The notes below the pieces were generated by a model, which worked only from the letters and a program-made list of their open reading frames with translations, made no database searches and was not told the origin of the DNA. Below are positions 62,426 through 64,000 of a DNA stretch of 64,000 nucleotides, in pieces. The position numbers and the translations under genes are program-made. Position 1 is the first letter of the stretch; the number at the start of each line of letters is the position of its first letter. The stretch is taken from assembly GCF_009914755.1 (NCBI RefSeq), contig NC_060944.1; one strand, written 5' to 3'. This stretch comes from the human T2T-CHM13v2.0 reference genome, Homo sapiens.

Positions 62426-63507
62426 ATTGACATCGTGCAGTCATAGGGTGCCCATAGTGCCGTGTCTGGGAAACCCCGATTGAGATCGTGCGGTCATAGG
62501 GTGCCCATAGCACCATGTCTAGGAAACCCCGATTGGGTTCGTGCGGTCATAGGGTGTCCATAGTGCCGTGTCTGGGAAACCCTAAATGAGATCATGCAGT
62601 CATAGGGTGCCCATAGCACCATGTCTGGGAGACCCCGATTGAGATCGTGCAGTCATAGGGTGCCCATAGTGCCACGTCTGGGAAACCCCAGTTGAGATCG
62701 TATGGTCATAGGGTGCCCATAGTGCCATGTCTAGGAAACCCCAATTGGGTTCATGCGGTCATAAGGTGCCCATAGTGCCGTGTCTGGGAAACCCCGATTG
62801 AGATCGTGCGGTCATAGGGTGCCCATAGCACCATGTCTAGGAAACCCCAATTGGGTTCGTGCGGTCATAGGGTGCCCATAGTGCCGTGTCTGGGAAACCC
62901 CGATTGAGATCGTGCAGTCATAGGGTGCCCATAGCACCATGTCTAGGAAACCCCGATTGGGTTCGTACAGTCATAGGTTGCCCATAGTGCCGTGTCTGGG
63001 AAACCCCGATTGAGATCGTGCGGTCATAGGGTGCCCATAGCACCATGTCTAGGAAACCCCGATTGGGTTCGTACAGTCATAGGGTGCCCATAGTGCCGTG
63101 TCTGGGAAACCCCAATTGAGATCGTACGGTCATAGGGTGCCCATAGCGCCATGTCTAGGAAACCCCGATTGGGTTCGTGCGGTCATAGGGTGCCCATAGT
63201 GCCGTGTCTGGGAAACCCCAATTGAGATCGTACGGTCATAGGGTGCCCATAGTGCCGTGTCTGGGAAACCCCGATTGAGATCGTGCGGTCATAGGGTGCC
63301 CATAGCACCGTGTCTGGGAGACCCCGATTGAGATCGTGCAGTCATAGGGTGCCCATAGTGCCGTGTCTGGGAAACCCTAAATGAGATCGTGCAGTCATAG
63401 GGTGCCCATAGTGCGGTGTCTGGGAGACCCCGATTGAGATCATGAGGTCATAGGGTGCCCATAGCACCATGTCTGGGAAACCCTGAATGAGATCATGCGG
63501 TCATAGG
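62395..63507. repeat. Minisatellite, 53-bp unit GTGCCCATAGTGCCGTGTCTGGGAAACCCCGATTGAGATCGTGCGGTCATAGG, 21 copies
   Basis: GTGCCC at 62395, 62448, 62501...; span 1113 bp = 21 x 53. Confidence 0.97.
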
Positions 63508-64000
63508 TAATTTTCTCCTTTTTCTTTGTATTGGCTTTCCAAATTCTCTGAAATAATTTTGTAGTTAAAAAATTACTTATTAAAGAGATATTCTTCACTA
63601 ATACAAGCTGGGGAAGAGGAGGCAGTGCCGCAGTGGGGGGTAGCCTGACCACAGCACACTGCTCCTGTCTGCTTCTTTTTGTCCTGCATGGGGAATTTTG
63701 GGGTGCCAGGTTGAAGGTCTGCACGCAGCCTCAGGCCTCAGAGCACTTGGACATTTGTTCTAGAAAACACCCCCAAGATGTGCCCACTCTGTGGTTTGCC
63801 AAGTAAGTGAGCCCAGGAACGCAATAATTTACTCAAGTGGACAGAATTAGTGCCATTTAGGGAGAGGGGCTGAGTGCTGTATTGAGGGGCCTGGAAGCCG
63901 TCGGGGCTGGGCTGGGTCCGGACTTGCTAAACCTATCTGATCTGACACTTGCGTCAGGAGAAAGGTGGGGGGCAGCTGGTTTTTGTGGGTGACCTGCTAG

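Noticed and set aside
62395-63507. CRISPR array interpretation of the 53-bp repeat
   Set aside because: Units are contiguous with no unique spacers; derived from a MER20 end in a primate genome

Overview
This window is primate (very probably human) non-coding genomic DNA, not prokaryotic. It carries AluJ/AluS SINEs with target-site duplications (TSDs), L1/L2/MIR relics, solo LTRs (THE1B, MLT1, MLT2A1, MER4, MER9) and MITEs (MER1A, MER2, MER20, MER5A, MER47). It also has an unusually high density of GC-rich minisatellites, typical of distal or subtelomeric chromosome arms. I can support no protein-coding exon, tRNA, rRNA or CRISPR array; every long ORF is a by-product of tandem or low-complexity repeats. 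Most L1/LTR relics lie on the minus strand, consistent with (but not proving) a large intron of a plus-strand gene. I cannot identify the locus. The most notable observations are: (1) a ~240-bp element, not recognisably a TE, present twice 20.6 kb apart with two perfectly conserved blocks; (2) a 21 x 53-bp VNTR amplified from the terminal end of a MER20 transposon, giving ~12 NF-kB-consensus sites and an A/B higher-order structure; (3) several other tandem arrays grown from inside L2, MIR, L1 or LTR relics; (4) a 609-codon mucin-like ORF arising from a triplet-based repeat; (5) a candidate alternative promoter/first exon near 42.5-43.15 kb. Repeat-family names come from recalled consensus sequences and need RepeatMasker/Dfam confirmation. 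I found no convincing wholly new biological system.
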